Below, piece after piece: positions 11,506-28,295 of a DNA stretch of 64,000 nucleotides. The notes beneath the pieces were generated by a model that was not told where the DNA came from, made no database searches, and saw only the letters and a program-made list of their open reading frames with translations. This stretch comes from Eledone cirrhosa. Lineage: Eukaryota. The stretch is taken from positions 43,586,001-43,650,000 of the forward strand of contig OZ024740.1 of the NCBI GenBank assembly GCA_964016885.1, written 5' to 3'. The position numbers and the translations under genes are program-made. Position 1 is the stretch's first letter. Each line of letters starts with the position of its first letter.

Positions 11506-12996
11506 CAGGGAATAATGCGGGCGCATGTAAAGAAATATTCTTAAATTAATAAACCTAGAAAAGTAAAGGTCAAGTTATTACACCTGGAAAAGTAAAGGAC
11601 AAGAAAACTTCTTAAAATATTGCAGCTAAAGTCTAAATTTGAAAAAAAATATTTAGATTATAAAACTAAAAATAAATAATTATAAGTTAATTGTTAAAAA
11701 AATATCGCTTTAATGGACTGGAAAAATGACTGTCTTATAGGGAGAGTTGACTACTGTATACTTAATTTTTTTCTTGGTGTATACAAATTAATCTTTTTAA
11801 AATATAATTTGTACAATAATTTGTACAATAATTTGTACAATAATTAATTAATAATAATAATAATAATTAATATGTACAATTTATTAATTTATGTTATAAG
11901 ATATTTAAAAATGTTCACTCTTAGCAAATTATATTTTTAAAAATTTAGTTATAAAATAATGCAGTAAAATAAATCAAAAACAGTGCATCATATAATTGCA
12001 CTTTTTATGAGTATTACAGATTTTTTTTATAATATAGTAAAATTCAACATCTCAAGGGGCAAAATTAGGTAAAAGTCAATTCATCAATTATTCATTTATA
12101 GTGAATCAATCAATTATAGTGAATTCATCAATTCATTAGATGAACTGTTGAATTAGACAATGTTTAATTTTTAATTCTAGTCTAATTTTACTCTACCTAA
12201 AAATGTAGATTGGTTATTTTGATCTCTGACAGGTCTTAAATTTCATTATTAAACAATTATAATTTGTTATTATTTATCATTACGGACTGGGTGATTCTTT
12301 GTGTCCTTGAGCAAGACACTTTATTTCACATTGCTCTTTCTGCCAGGACTTGCGAATTGTAGATAGTATCATCAAAGGATTGGCAGTATCGGTAGAGGGT
12401 CGGACGCCATGCTTTCCAGCATAGTTACGTCCCTTTACGATCCGAGTTCAAATCTCGCCGAGGTTGACTTTGCCTTTCATCCTTACGGGGTCGATAAAAT
12501 AAAGTACCAGTAATGTACTGGGTAATTGCTGGCCTTGTGCCTAAAGTAGAAACAATTATTTATCATTACAGTTGGCTCCCTAATTAATTATTAATTAATT
12601 GTTAGTGTCATTTACACGCCAAAATTTTGTTTTATTTGATCTTTATAATTGTCACTCATTTTTCAGTCCCATTTAGTAAAGTAAAATAAAATATATTTAT
12701 TTAATGACCCAACCACTATGGTGTAAATTAGGATCACAAAATTAAATAAATGATCATAAATTAGTATTATTATCAATTAGAGAGTCAACTGTATTATTAG
12801 AATTTATCACTTTCTATGTATATTTAAATCAAATATTTTTTATTATTCAAATTTATACTATAGCTGCAATATTTTAAGAAGTTTTAAGAAGAAGTTTTCT
12901 TGTCCTTTACTTTTCCATGTGTAATAACTTGTCCTTTACTTTTCTAGGTTTATTAATTTAAGAATATTTCTTTACATGCGCCCGCATTTTTCCCTG
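11506..12996. mobile_element. Non-autonomous TIR element (TA-flanked, CAGGG...CCCTG ends, ~125-bp TIRs) with a nested SINE
   Basis: 11502-11628 is the reverse complement of ~12860-13000. TA lies on both sides. It shares AATGCG and AGGACAAG motifs with the neighbouring TIR element. Confidence 0.78.
12282..12565 (+). mobile_element. tRNA-derived SINE (Nin/Deu-like core) preceded by another SINE fragment
   Basis: A box TGGCAGTATCGG, B box GTTCAAATC, core CCTTTCATCCTTACGGGGTCGATAAA, tail GCTGGCCTTGTGCC.AAAGTAGAAACAATTATT. Confidence 0.85.
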
Positions 12997-13010
12997 TAAT
13001 ATATATATGG

Positions 13011-13421
13011 AAAAAATGAAATTTCATTTCTTACTCTTAGTACGGCTGATACTTAAATATAAGTATGTATATGTACATACATATATGTATACAGACTATG
13101 TATACGAATTGAGCCGTAGAGTGTTTGGCAACCATCGTTGACCTTTTGTTCAACACTGACAAAGGAACGATGAACAAGTTTCTAGCATATTAGCTGTTAT
13201 CAGCACCGTATACCTTCCTGTCCGTCGATTGAATGTTTGAAAGTATATACTTTCCTTATGCATATTAACGGCTGAGCAGCGTAATTTGCATATCGGGTGA
13301 GTTAGTCGACCGGGCGTACCGAAAACGATAATTGTAAAAAATGAAATTTCATTTGTCACTCTTAGTACGGCTGATACTTAAATATAAGTATGTATACGTA
13401 CATACATATATGTATACAGAC
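13011..13421 (-). mobile_element. 325-bp monomer with 86-bp terminal redundancy containing a degenerate hammerhead (retrozyme/pLTR-like)
   Basis: 13011-13096 is repeated at 13336-13421. Minus strand 13208-13168 reads CGGTG CTGATAA cAGC-TAATAT-GCTa GAAAC TT GTT CATCG. Confidence 0.6.
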
Positions 13422-13515
13422 GTACAGTAGTATGTATATATATACATACATGCACACATATATATATACGTATGAGTTTATCGAACATTTATTATAATGT
13501 TCGGTTTGTTTGAAA

Positions 13516-13569
<54 letters not shown>

Positions 13570-13570
<1 letters not shown>

Positions 13571-14869
13571 GTACATGAAGAGAGAAGAAACATTATATAT
13601 AATTAGTAATAAGATATATTATACCTAGCTGGTTCTGCAGTCCCCGATTACGTAGTTTCGTAGCATATTATGCAAAAACACTAGATCATAGAGATATAGA
13701 GTTCTTGTGAGGTTCTGCCGACTTATCAAGGGGGTACCTCATTAAGGATTTCAAAACACGTCTGCAATGCACGAGATAGAATCTCGAAAAGGCGGAGGGT
13801 GAGTCAGTAACGTGATACAGCAGTCAAGAAATAGAGCTAAGCCCCTTATAACCCTGAAAAAAATACCACGTATGCGGTGGGGATATTCATATCAAAGCCG
13901 TAGAAGAGGTGGTTTGAGGAGGCGAGAAGTATGAGTAATGGTAGCTATCCAGCAGTCACTACACTTCAAAGGTTACTCGACCAAAGGGAGTTATAAACAA
14001 TATATAGAGAGAAACACACAGATACATGCGGACACATGCATATACATGAATATATCCACACATATCCCTGTGTTAGTGGCCCCAACCTCAACCGATGTTG
14101 CTCTATGAATAACTGGGACAGAACTAACAAAATGGATAAGACTGATTCAGTATCAGAGCTATAAAGTACATTATGAAGAGAGAAGAAACATTAGATATAA
14201 TTAGTAATAAGATATATTATACCTAGCTGGTTCTTCAGTCCCCGACTACGTAGTGTGTTTCTCTATATATATTGTTTATAACTCCCTTTGGTCGAGTAAC
14301 CTTTGAAGTGTAGTGACTGCTGGATAGCTACCATTACTCATACTTCTCTCCTCGTCAAACCACCTCTTCTACGGCTTTGATATGAATATTCCCTCCGCCT
14401 TCGTGGTATTTTTTTTCAGGGTTATAAGGGGCTTAGCTCTGTTTCTTGACCGCTGTATCACGTGACTGACTCTCCCTCCGCCTTTTCGAGATTCTATCTC
14501 GCGCATTGCAGACGTGTTTTGAAATCCTTAATGAGTTACCCCCTTGATAAGTCGGCAGAACCTCACAAGAACACTTTATCTCTATGATCTAGTGTTTTTG
14601 CATAATATGCCACGAAACTACGTAGTCGGGGACTGAAGAACCAGCTAGGTATGATATATCTTATTACTAATTATATCTAATGTTTCTTCTCTCTTCATAA
14701 TGTACTTTATAGCTCTGATACTGAATCAGTCTAATCCATTCGGTTAGTTCTGTCCCAGTTATTCATAGAGCAACATCGGTTGAGGTTGGTACCACTAACA
14801 CAGGGATATGTGTGGATATATTCATGTATATGCATGTGTCCGCATGTATCTGTGTGTTTCTCTCTATAT

Positions 14870-14874
<5 letters not shown>
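13570..14874. mobile_element. Inverted pair of circularly permuted ~600-bp hammerhead-containing monomers between (TA)n tracts
   Basis: The left arm repeats its first ~80 bp at ~14166. The right arm (from ~14253) is the reverse complement and repeats GTGTGTTTCTCT.TATATATTG at ~14852. Confidence 0.8.
14534..14634 (+). ncRNA. Type I hammerhead with U3-A8 core and extended stem II (mutated mirror copy at 13639-13739, minus strand)
   Basis: CCCC TTGATAA GTcGGCA...CAAGAACACT...AGTGTTTTTG...TGCCAC GAAAC TACGTA GTC GGGG, with distal AGT/ACT pairing. Predicted cleavage after 14627. Confidence 0.72.
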
Positions 14875-14928
<54 letters not shown>

Positions 14929-14986
14929 TCATACTCACGTTTCTCTATCACTCTCTCCCCTTCTCTCTCTCTCTCTCTCTCTCTCG

Positions 14987-15017
<31 letters not shown>

Positions 15018-15036
15018 GCTCTCATTATATATATAT

Positions 15037-15116
15037 AGGTTGACTTTGCCTTTCATCCCTACGGGGTCGATAAAATAAAGTACCAGTAATGCTGGCCTTG
15101 TACCAAAAGTAGAAAC

Positions 15117-15121
<5 letters not shown>
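15037..15121 (+). mobile_element. 5'-truncated SINE
   Basis: Core and tail of the same SINE family. Confidence 0.85.
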
Positions 15122-15185
<64 letters not shown>

Positions 15186-15499
15186 CAAGAAAACGAAAAA
15201 TCAGTGATGCATCTGGACTTAGTTTATTTCGTGTTGCAAATGTTTCGCCGGCATGTAGCTCGAGTCATGGTCCTTGTATGGATCTGGCTGATTCTACTTC
15301 TGAGGGTTCTTTCAGACACGTCTGTTATGTCCGGAGCAAATTTTATCACTGTGGTGTTGTCATCAAAACAACCTCTCAAAAAACCTTCTTTCCACTGTTG
15401 TCATGCCATTGGCTGTTTTTACTCCACGTCAACACAAGTTCTGGTCAATATCTGCTGCCACACAGTTCATCAAAACACAACAGAACCCTCTGTGTTCAG

Positions 15500-16385
15500 A
15501 GAACGTGAGGCCGCCTGTGAGACGTGGGACCGACTGGGACTTAGCCCCGTAGACGTCCTTCCTCCTTCTCCCACTGTTGCCGTCAAGTTCCCCCAACGCA
15601 CTTGGGATGCCATCCAGTGCAGCCTGGCCTCAAACTGGCTCACGAGCCAGCTCGACCAGCACCGCCTTGCTTGTTTTCGTGCGGCCTCCAAATCCCACAG
15701 TGGTGCCTGGCTCCATACGCTGCCCTCCTTCTCCACTGGAATGCACTAGACAACCATAGCCTGCGAATCGGCGTTTCCCTGAGGCTCGTCCTCAGGATCT
15801 GCTAGCCACATCAATGTCGCTGCGGTTCCACCGTGACACTTTCGGCTCCACTCGCTTTCCTGTCACCACAGTGCCGGCCGCATTCCATGCCATTCTACCC
15901 TCAACGAGGTCGTTAAGCATGGCTTGGACGCTCCAGGCTTCCATTCCCAGCTCGAGCCAGTGGGGTTGGATCGAGGGTACGGCAAAAATCAAGATGGCAT
16001 GACCATCTTCCCGTTCCGCGGTGGCAAACCCCTCGTCTAGGAATCCACTTGCACCGACACTTTCTGCAGTCGCAACCTGGTGCAGTCTGCGACTGACCCA
16101 GGTTCTGCTGCACGTCGGGCTGAGGGGGCCAAACTCCTCAAATACCGGTCGCCCTTCGACAGGTTTGAGGTCGTACCCCTGGCAGTGGAAACTTCTGGTG
16201 TCCTCGGCCCCAGGGCTACCTCCTTACTCACCACCATAGGCGCTGAGCTGGTCAGCCGTAGGTGTGAGCTCCGCGAGTTGGGGTGGCTTTTCCAGCGCGT
16301 CTCCCTTGCCGTCCTCTGGGGAAACGCCTTCTCCATTCTGTCCGCCGAGGCTGTGGATGGGCCCCATCGCGTACATTAGTTAAAT
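15500..16385 (+). mobile_element. 5'-truncated CRE-clade non-LTR retrotransposon (restriction-like endonuclease region), disrupted
   Basis: Across frames: SGAWLHTLP, LRIGVSLRL, CRCG, LEPVGLDRG...DGMTIFPF, KY...FEVVPLAVETSGVLG, LFQRVSLAVLWGNA. Confidence 0.82.
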
Positions 16386-16431
16386 ACCATTCTTTCATCT
16401 CATACATATATATACATACACATCACTGTTA

Positions 16432-16509
<78 letters not shown>

Positions 16510-16872
16510 TTATATATATGTGTATGTATATGTGTGTGTGTGTGTGTGTGTATATATGTTTGTGTATGTGTACGCGCATTTATAAGTATAGGGATATTTA
16601 TTTTGTCAGTTATTCAACAAAAATATATAATTTTAACTGATTCGAAGCACTCGACAGTTCATCAACTATTTTCCGTCCGACATATTTCAATGGAGTCATG
16701 CTGTGTTCAGTACTTCACACGTCTGCTCACACTTTAGAGTAAGCACACACGCATATATATATATATATATATTTATAAATGAAAATATAGAAATTAATGT
16801 GGGCAAGAAGCCAACAGTATTTCATAATATATAAGTGACTATAAGGTCAAAATGGAAAATAATTAACGTAAG

Positions 16873-16915
<43 letters not shown>

Positions 16916-17510
16916 GGAAATCAGTAAAATCGAATCTCTGGCGGTTTGCAAGTAAATTCGGCCTAATTATATGAAATGATGAGTTAGCAAAGCACTCGAT
17001 AAGATAGGACCTTAGAGTAATAACATACGTTTAAATAGCTTGACAAATCGAAGATTGTGGTAGGCGAAACTAACACACAATATATACCAAAGTAACGATA
17101 GAACTAATCAGGTTGAGAAAAGTACACCTGGACAAATCAAACGAACAATCGTTTAAAGTGTTTCTTTGAATCCGAAATCAAATATCATACTTACGTGAAT
17201 GGCAAGCTCATGGTATTGGTGATCGAACGGAGGATTCAGTTTATCAACAGGTTTATCGTTCTGCCTAGGACCGGAGTGATAAATTATATGTTGCTGCTAC
17301 ATGCTGCTTATCGTATCTATAGATATCACGTGTTAATTCCGGCAAGGGAAATAACCCCTGGTTTTAGACGGGTCATTCAAAATGTTAGCGAAAGGAAATA
17401 TTTTAATTTCCGCTAATCATCATGATAAGCTCTCAACTAGATGTTATAAAAGAAACACAAATAATTAACCATTCAACAGAATTGTCTAATTAAATTAATT
17501 AGTTAATTAT

Positions 17511-17607
<97 letters not shown>

Positions 17608-17839
17608 TGAAATGCAGCTACAAATAAGCTTAATTTGGAATACTTTTATGATTTCCTTTAGAATAATTTAAAAGGTTTACAGATGCCCCAGTAATTCTTG
17701 ATACAGAAATATATTGTATTACACATATTTTTGAGTAGATAGAGGGCACGATGTTATCCTTGTATATTAATTTTCCTGTAAACATTCGTATGCATGTATG
17801 TCTGTATGTCAGGTCACTCTTGAGTGCTACTGGTAACAT

Positions 17840-18340
17840 TTAACCCAGTACAACCTGTTGCATTGTCGGGTTGTCGTCGACTAAACCGGCAACTTCACTA
17901 ATTTTACTTGGTGAGGAAGGGGGTTTTGGACACACTGCAGGACACAATACAAAACCTGACAAAGGGCAGAAGAAGTCATAAGAGTCAACGGCCATCCAAA
18001 AGTGTGTAAATATGTATATACACATGTAGCGCGTGGTTAAACCACTGGGAGTGAAGGACCCCTAGCCTTTGTCAGGGCATTCTTCTAGGAGAAGGCAACT
18101 CAGGAAACTGGGAAAACTCCGATATAAAATCTGCGGCTCAGTAGTTACTGATGATGTTGATCTTTTCTTCTTTTCGGGTTACAGCTACTGTCGCTCAGAG
18201 AGTGGGTTTGGCACAGTGCAGTCTTTCCTCACTTTCAAAAATATCTTCACTCACAGGCATTGCACGATAGAATTAATTAATAATTATTAATAATGGTATA
18301 TCGTCCAATGGCCATGCTCGATAACGAGTGGGCAGCCATC
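17840..18340 (+). mobile_element. Non-autonomous RTE derivative (5'UTR joined to 3' tail)
   Basis: 18036-18268 matches the RTE 5'UTR at 22896-23129. 18301-18340 matches the RTE 3' end at 27108-27146. Followed by (ATGT)n. Confidence 0.85.
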
Positions 18341-18418
18341 ATGTATGTATGTATGTATGTATGTATGTATGTATGTATGTATGTATGTATGTATTTATGT
18401 ATGTATGTATGTATGTAT

Positions 18419-18972
18419 GCCTCATGGTCGGGTCATTGGCGACTAAACTGGCAACCCAACCAAGGTTGTGAGGAGGGTGATTTTGGATAGCCTGCAGGAC
18501 TAAAAACAAAACCTGTCTAGGGCAAAGGAGCTCTTAAGAGTCAATGACCATCCAAAATCACAGGGAGAGATGATGCCTTAGCCTTTGTCAAGGCAGAATT
18601 CTAGGAGAAGTAAAACTCTGATATAACACCTGCAACCCTGATGGTATCCAATGATGTTGACTTGTTCTTCTTTTTGGTAAATATCATCTTGGTTAAGAGA
18701 GTGGGACTGGCTTTGTGCAGTGCCTTTGCTCACTATAAAAGCTTCACGACACAGGCATTGCTTTATATATGGAGATCTCTCTACACTTGTCGTCACATGG
18801 TACCATGGGCCCAGCACTATGTGTCAATAATTGTCACAAGTGTAGTGTTTGTACCAGAGTTTTCAAGTCGCTGGCTGGACTAAAACGTCACACTCGTTCA
18901 GCGCATCGGTATGGGTTCTCCTACATGGATATAAAGTAGTGGCCGTACTCGAAAATGAGTTGGCAGCCACCA
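18419..18972 (+). mobile_element. Second, more diverged non-autonomous RTE derivative
   Basis: Similar 5'UTR blocks (CCTTTGTCAAGGCAGAATTCTAGGAGAAG, ATGATGTTGA, CAGGCATTGC) and tail TGGCCGTACTCGAAAATGAGTTGGCAGCCACC. Confidence 0.7.
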
Positions 18973-19194
18973 TGTATATGTGTATGAATATATGCAAGTC
19001 TAAATTGTAATATGCTGTTTGCTTTATTGTTTCCGTTTATATCTTGCACACACTTACACACACACGCGCGCACACGCATACACATACATACCGACACACA
19101 TATATATACATACTTATATGCATACACACAATATCAGACACACACAAACATATATATATATATGTGTTCGTGTGTGTATATATAACTATATATA

Positions 19195-19602
<408 letters not shown>

Positions 19603-20036
19603 TGTGTGTGTGTGTGCATGTGTGTATTTATGTATGTGAGTGTGTAATCGTGGGTGAATATATATATATATATATATATGTATGTATATGTATATGTATA
19701 TGTGTGTGTATGTATATGAGTGTGGTGTGTGTGTGCATGCGCGTGTGTGTGGATAGGTATGTGCGGAAGATATAAACAGAAACCACAAAGCAAACAACAC
19801 TGTACAATGAAGAATATATTAGTTTAATGTATTAGAGTAGAAAAAATTGTATCTCATTATGAACGACAAGTTTATCAGGAGATAAAATTAGAAACAAAAG
19901 AAGAAATAAAAAGACAAATGAGAGTGAAAACAGGAAGAAACGGAAAAATAATTTCGGGAGATAAAGCGTGCATGTTCAGTCTCCCACTTCGTGGGGAAAT
20001 ATTGATACATATAAGTATATATATATATATATATAA

Positions 20037-20187
20037 AGAAAAAGAGATGAAATCGAAAATGCAACTGGAGTCTTATTTTTAAAAAAAATAAGACTCCAGT
20101 TGCATTTTCGATTTCATCTCTTTTTCCTTATACTTTCACTCGTGTAGGACACCTCGGTTATTTTTCATTTTGTAAAAAGAACCTCAC

Positions 20188-20195
<8 letters not shown>
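20037..20195. repeat. Fold-back (~43-bp arms) of a dispersed element also found at 27825-27930
   Basis: ...GCAACTGGAGTCTTATTTTT / AAAAATAAGACTCCAGTTGC... Confidence 0.85.
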
Positions 20196-20268
<73 letters not shown>

Positions 20269-20397
20269 TAACTGATTAAAGTTTAAGTAAAGAATCGCTG
20301 CTTTCACCCGCCCTTAACGGGATCTTCTTACAGGACTAGAAATGTTTCATTCGAACGAAATCATCAAGAAAGCTGGTTACCCCCGAATGAATCCCGG

Positions 20398-20493
<96 letters not shown>

Positions 20494-20745
20494 CACACAT
20501 AGTTTGTAACTTGATGTCGCAATTGCAGCTCCAATGAGCATATAGAGCCTACCCCTATGTACTAAGACGTTCAAATCTAAAATAAAGCCAAATAACATTA
20601 CACTTAAATACCTGTCTGTTGCCCACATATCAATTAATTGTAACACACCGTGTGATTCTCTATGGGAAATGAATTATGGTACACATGTAATAGAGTGCTT
20701 ACGTCCGATAACACCACAGTCAGTCGATTGTTTAGAAATACATAC

Positions 20746-20846
<101 letters not shown>

Positions 20847-20957
20847 TGTGTATGTGTGTGTGTGTGTGTGTATGTGTGGCTGTCTTTGTGTGTGGGGGGG
20901 GGGGGTAATGCCGAAGAAGAAGCAAAGGAAAAAAAGTGCTCTATGTATAGAACAGAA

Positions 20958-21108
20958 CTATTTAATTAGAAAGTGAACAACACAAAATATAACTACTCCA
21001 TTACCAAAGGTTTCAGGATCCCAGACAATATTAATGTACGTCTGGGAACCAGAAACTTTTGGTAATGGAGTAGTTATATTTTGTGTTGTTCACTTTCTAA
21101 TTAAATAT
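20958..21108. repeat. Inverted repeat (~68-bp arms, 13-nt spacer)
   Basis: TTTAATTAGAAAGTGAACAAC...CCCAGAC / GTCTGGGA...GTTGTTCACTTTCTAATTAAA. Confidence 0.85.
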
Positions 21109-21301
21109 ATATATATATATATGTATGTATACACATGTGTGTGCGCGTGTGTATGTTTGTGTGTATGTGTGTGTGCGTGAGTAGACAACAACCAGGCTGG
21201 CTACTGTGAGAGTGTAGCTGTGTAAATCACCGCGCGCGTGAACTGATCTACTCAAGGAGGTATGCCTATCTATGCGAAATTCTGCGTACACATACATACA
21301 C

Positions 21302-21356
<55 letters not shown>

Positions 21357-21358
<2 letters not shown>

Positions 21359-21618
21359 GTCCACTTCCCTTTAATAAACTGCCAGCAAACCTGTTATATC
21401 TACATGGTTGTCATTGTAGAGGTTTTCACGAAGCATCTCGACATGCTGCTCACCAAAATCACAGATGAACCCACAGCACGAGACGAAATACAATTAAGGG
21501 CAGCAGCAACAAACTCCCTCTTACATCAATAGTCAACCAAGTAAGAATGGCTATAGAAAGTGTGCGATGCGCCTTATGGCATCAGCCAGTCGGCTGGAAC
21601 AGGTTAGAGAGTAAAAGA
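21357..21618 (+). mobile_element. 3' end fragment of a CR1/Jockey-group LINE
   Basis: FNKLPANL...VEVFTKHLDMLLTKITDEP...RAAATNSLLHQ resembles the C-terminus of CR1-group ORF2. Confidence 0.6.
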
Positions 21619-21670
21619 GTATATATATATATGTGTGTGTTTATATATACACACATACACACATACATGC

Positions 21671-21754
<84 letters not shown>

Positions 21755-22088
21755 TGTATGTGTGTGTTTTTATCTATATGAATGTATGTATGAATGTATG
21801 GGAATGTCACGACAGAAGTTTGTGGAAGTTACACAAATATTTTAGTATATTTTAGCAGAGCAATCCTTATTTATATTTTACATTTTACATTTACTTACAT
21901 CTCAATATAACATGGCTAAAATTCAAATTTTGCAAAGAGAAGAAAACGGTCAAATGAACTCGATACATCGCACTGTCCCCCGCCACCACAATAACTTCTA
22001 CACTCTCTCCCCACCATCACATGTCATTACCCTATATAGACTAAAGTCATCGACCTGTTGTCAAACTCTCTACTCTCTGTTGAATGTG

Positions 22089-22121
<33 letters not shown>

Positions 22122-22404
22122 ATGTGTCTATATACATCACTCAGTCAAACGACCAGATTTCAACCCCAACATCTACAACAACACCAGCACTAATGTTTAC
22201 AGCAACAACAGCTTCAGAATGAACTGAAATGAACATTTACAACAACAACAACAGCGGCATCAAAAGATTAAAAAAAAACAAAAAAACTCAAAATAACAAA
22301 ACACACACACCCACACAACACAACAACATCAACTGCCACCACCACCACTACCGCCGCCGCCATAACCACCAGCAGCGACGGGGCCTTAAGAAAACAACTT
22401 TAAT

Positions 22405-22560
22405 AATAATTTTTCTGCTTTTGGCACGGATCCAGCGACTGGCCAGCGCATCACTGGTACTCTCTTTTGTTGACTTCGTGGGGATGAAGGGCAAGGTTGA
22501 CCTCGGCGGGATTTGAGCTCAGAGCGTGGAGAGCCATAACTCTATGCTGTAAAGCAATTA
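22405..22560 (-). mobile_element. Diverged SINE
   Basis: Reverse complement of the core (GGATGAAGGGCAAGGTTGACCTCGGCGGGATTTGAGCTC). Confidence 0.75.
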
Positions 22561-22657
22561 TAATAATACTGGACTGTAGTACGATCGGCTTCAACTATAC
22601 AAACTCTTGAGAGTCAACAGTTGACATAATCTTGTAATCTTGTATCAGTAATGACGG

Positions 22658-22717
<60 letters not shown>

Positions 22718-22890
22718 CTGTGTGTGTGTGTAAGTGAGTAGAGTAGCGTGTGTGTGTTTGTTTGTATGGATGAGTGTTGCTGTGTGCGCGGATATGTATG
22801 CGCGTGTGTGTGTCGTACGTATAAGTGTCAATAAGTGATTTTTTTTTTTTTGCGCGGGGACATAGAAATAATCGGGCTGGATGCCCGATC

Positions 22891-27147
<4,257 letters not shown>

Positions 27148-27453
27148 TGTATAATGTATCTAAGTATGCATGTATGTGTGTATGTTTGTATGTGTGTGTG
27201 TGAGTGTGTGTGTTTTGGGGTATTCGTGCATGTGTTGCGATCACTCGGTCGCAGTTTCGATTCCACAGTATGCCATCTTCAGCAAACGTTATTTACCAAA
27301 GCTTTCGCTAACTGATGCCTTCTATGTTAGATTGGCTAGTCGTAAACTGTATGAAAGTTAATGGTACACATGTTTGTGAAATGCTCATGCACTTAACACG
27401 TTTCTTTTGATGAGTAGTCTCTTTCATTGATTGAACAACGGGAACTCTCATCT

Positions 27454-27545
27454 ATCTATCTGAGGAGCAGATCGGTACTGCAGTCCGGTCCTTAACCCCT
27501 GTGGGTCACCTTGATCCAATCCTCTGCGAAACGCGCGTAACAGGT
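27454..27545 (+). ncRNA. Type I hammerhead with branched stem II
   Basis: ATCTAT CTGAGGA GCAGA...TCTGC GAAAC GCGC GTA ACAGGT. Stem I pairs 5 of 6; predicted cleavage after 27539. Confidence 0.7.
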
Positions 27546-27612
27546 CAATACGCAATAAATATTTTTCATATGTAAAAGAAACTTCCTCGTTTTTACTATT
27601 ATATATGTATAT

Positions 27613-27738
<126 letters not shown>

Positions 27739-27743
27739 TTTGT

Positions 27744-27785
27744 TCCTTTACCGGTTTCGCAATTCTTCTGCTTTTCAAAAGTAGA
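27744..27785 (-). ncRNA. Minimal type I hammerhead, U3-A8 core
   Basis: Minus strand: CTT TTGAAAA GCA-GAAGAAT-TGC GAAAC CG GTA AAG; palindromic stem III ACCGGT. Confidence 0.68.
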
Positions 27786-27987
27786 GTTGAGATGGAGGGT
27801 CTGTGGTTTTTCTCATATTATTTAAAAATAAGACTCCAGTTGCATTTCGATTTCATCTTTTTTCTTTATCCTTTCATTCATGTAGGACACCTCGGTTATT
27901 TTTCATTTTGTAAAAAGACCTCACTTTCTAATAATAATAATAATAATTGTTTCTACTTTAGGCACAAGGCCAGCAATTACCCAGTGT

Positions 27988-28027
<40 letters not shown>

Positions 28028-28098
28028 TTGAAGACTAAAATCCAAAGAGGGCTCGATAAGGATAAATATATATCAAATATATAAGAACCGTAGAGCAA

Positions 28099-28295
28099 AT
28101 ATTTATTAAAATAACAGATTAAAGTTTAAGCAAAGAATCGCTGCTTTCACCCTTAACGGGATCTTCTGAAACTAACAAAGTCAATCTGTAAACGCAGCCA
28201 GTTCTGCGTTTACAGATTGACTTTGTTAGTTTCAGAAGATCCCGTTAAGGGTGAAAGCAGCGATTCTTTGCTTAAACTTTAATCTGTTATTTTAA

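Noticed and set aside
15230-15320. Minus-strand hammerhead-like fold (CGTGT/ACACG stem I, CTGAAAGA, GAAAC...GCA)
   Set aside because: Extra base in the core, U16.1 lost and no convincing stem II; at best a decayed relic.
17342-17430. Minus-strand ATGATGA...AAAAC with a TTCCCTTGC tail like the satellite
   Set aside because: Both core halves are mutated and stem I does not form.
18419-18500. HDV-like ribozyme at the RTE-derived 5' end
   Set aside because: Hairpins are present (CCTCAT/GTGAGG, GGTCGGGT/ACCCAACC), but I could not thread the nested double pseudoknot by eye.
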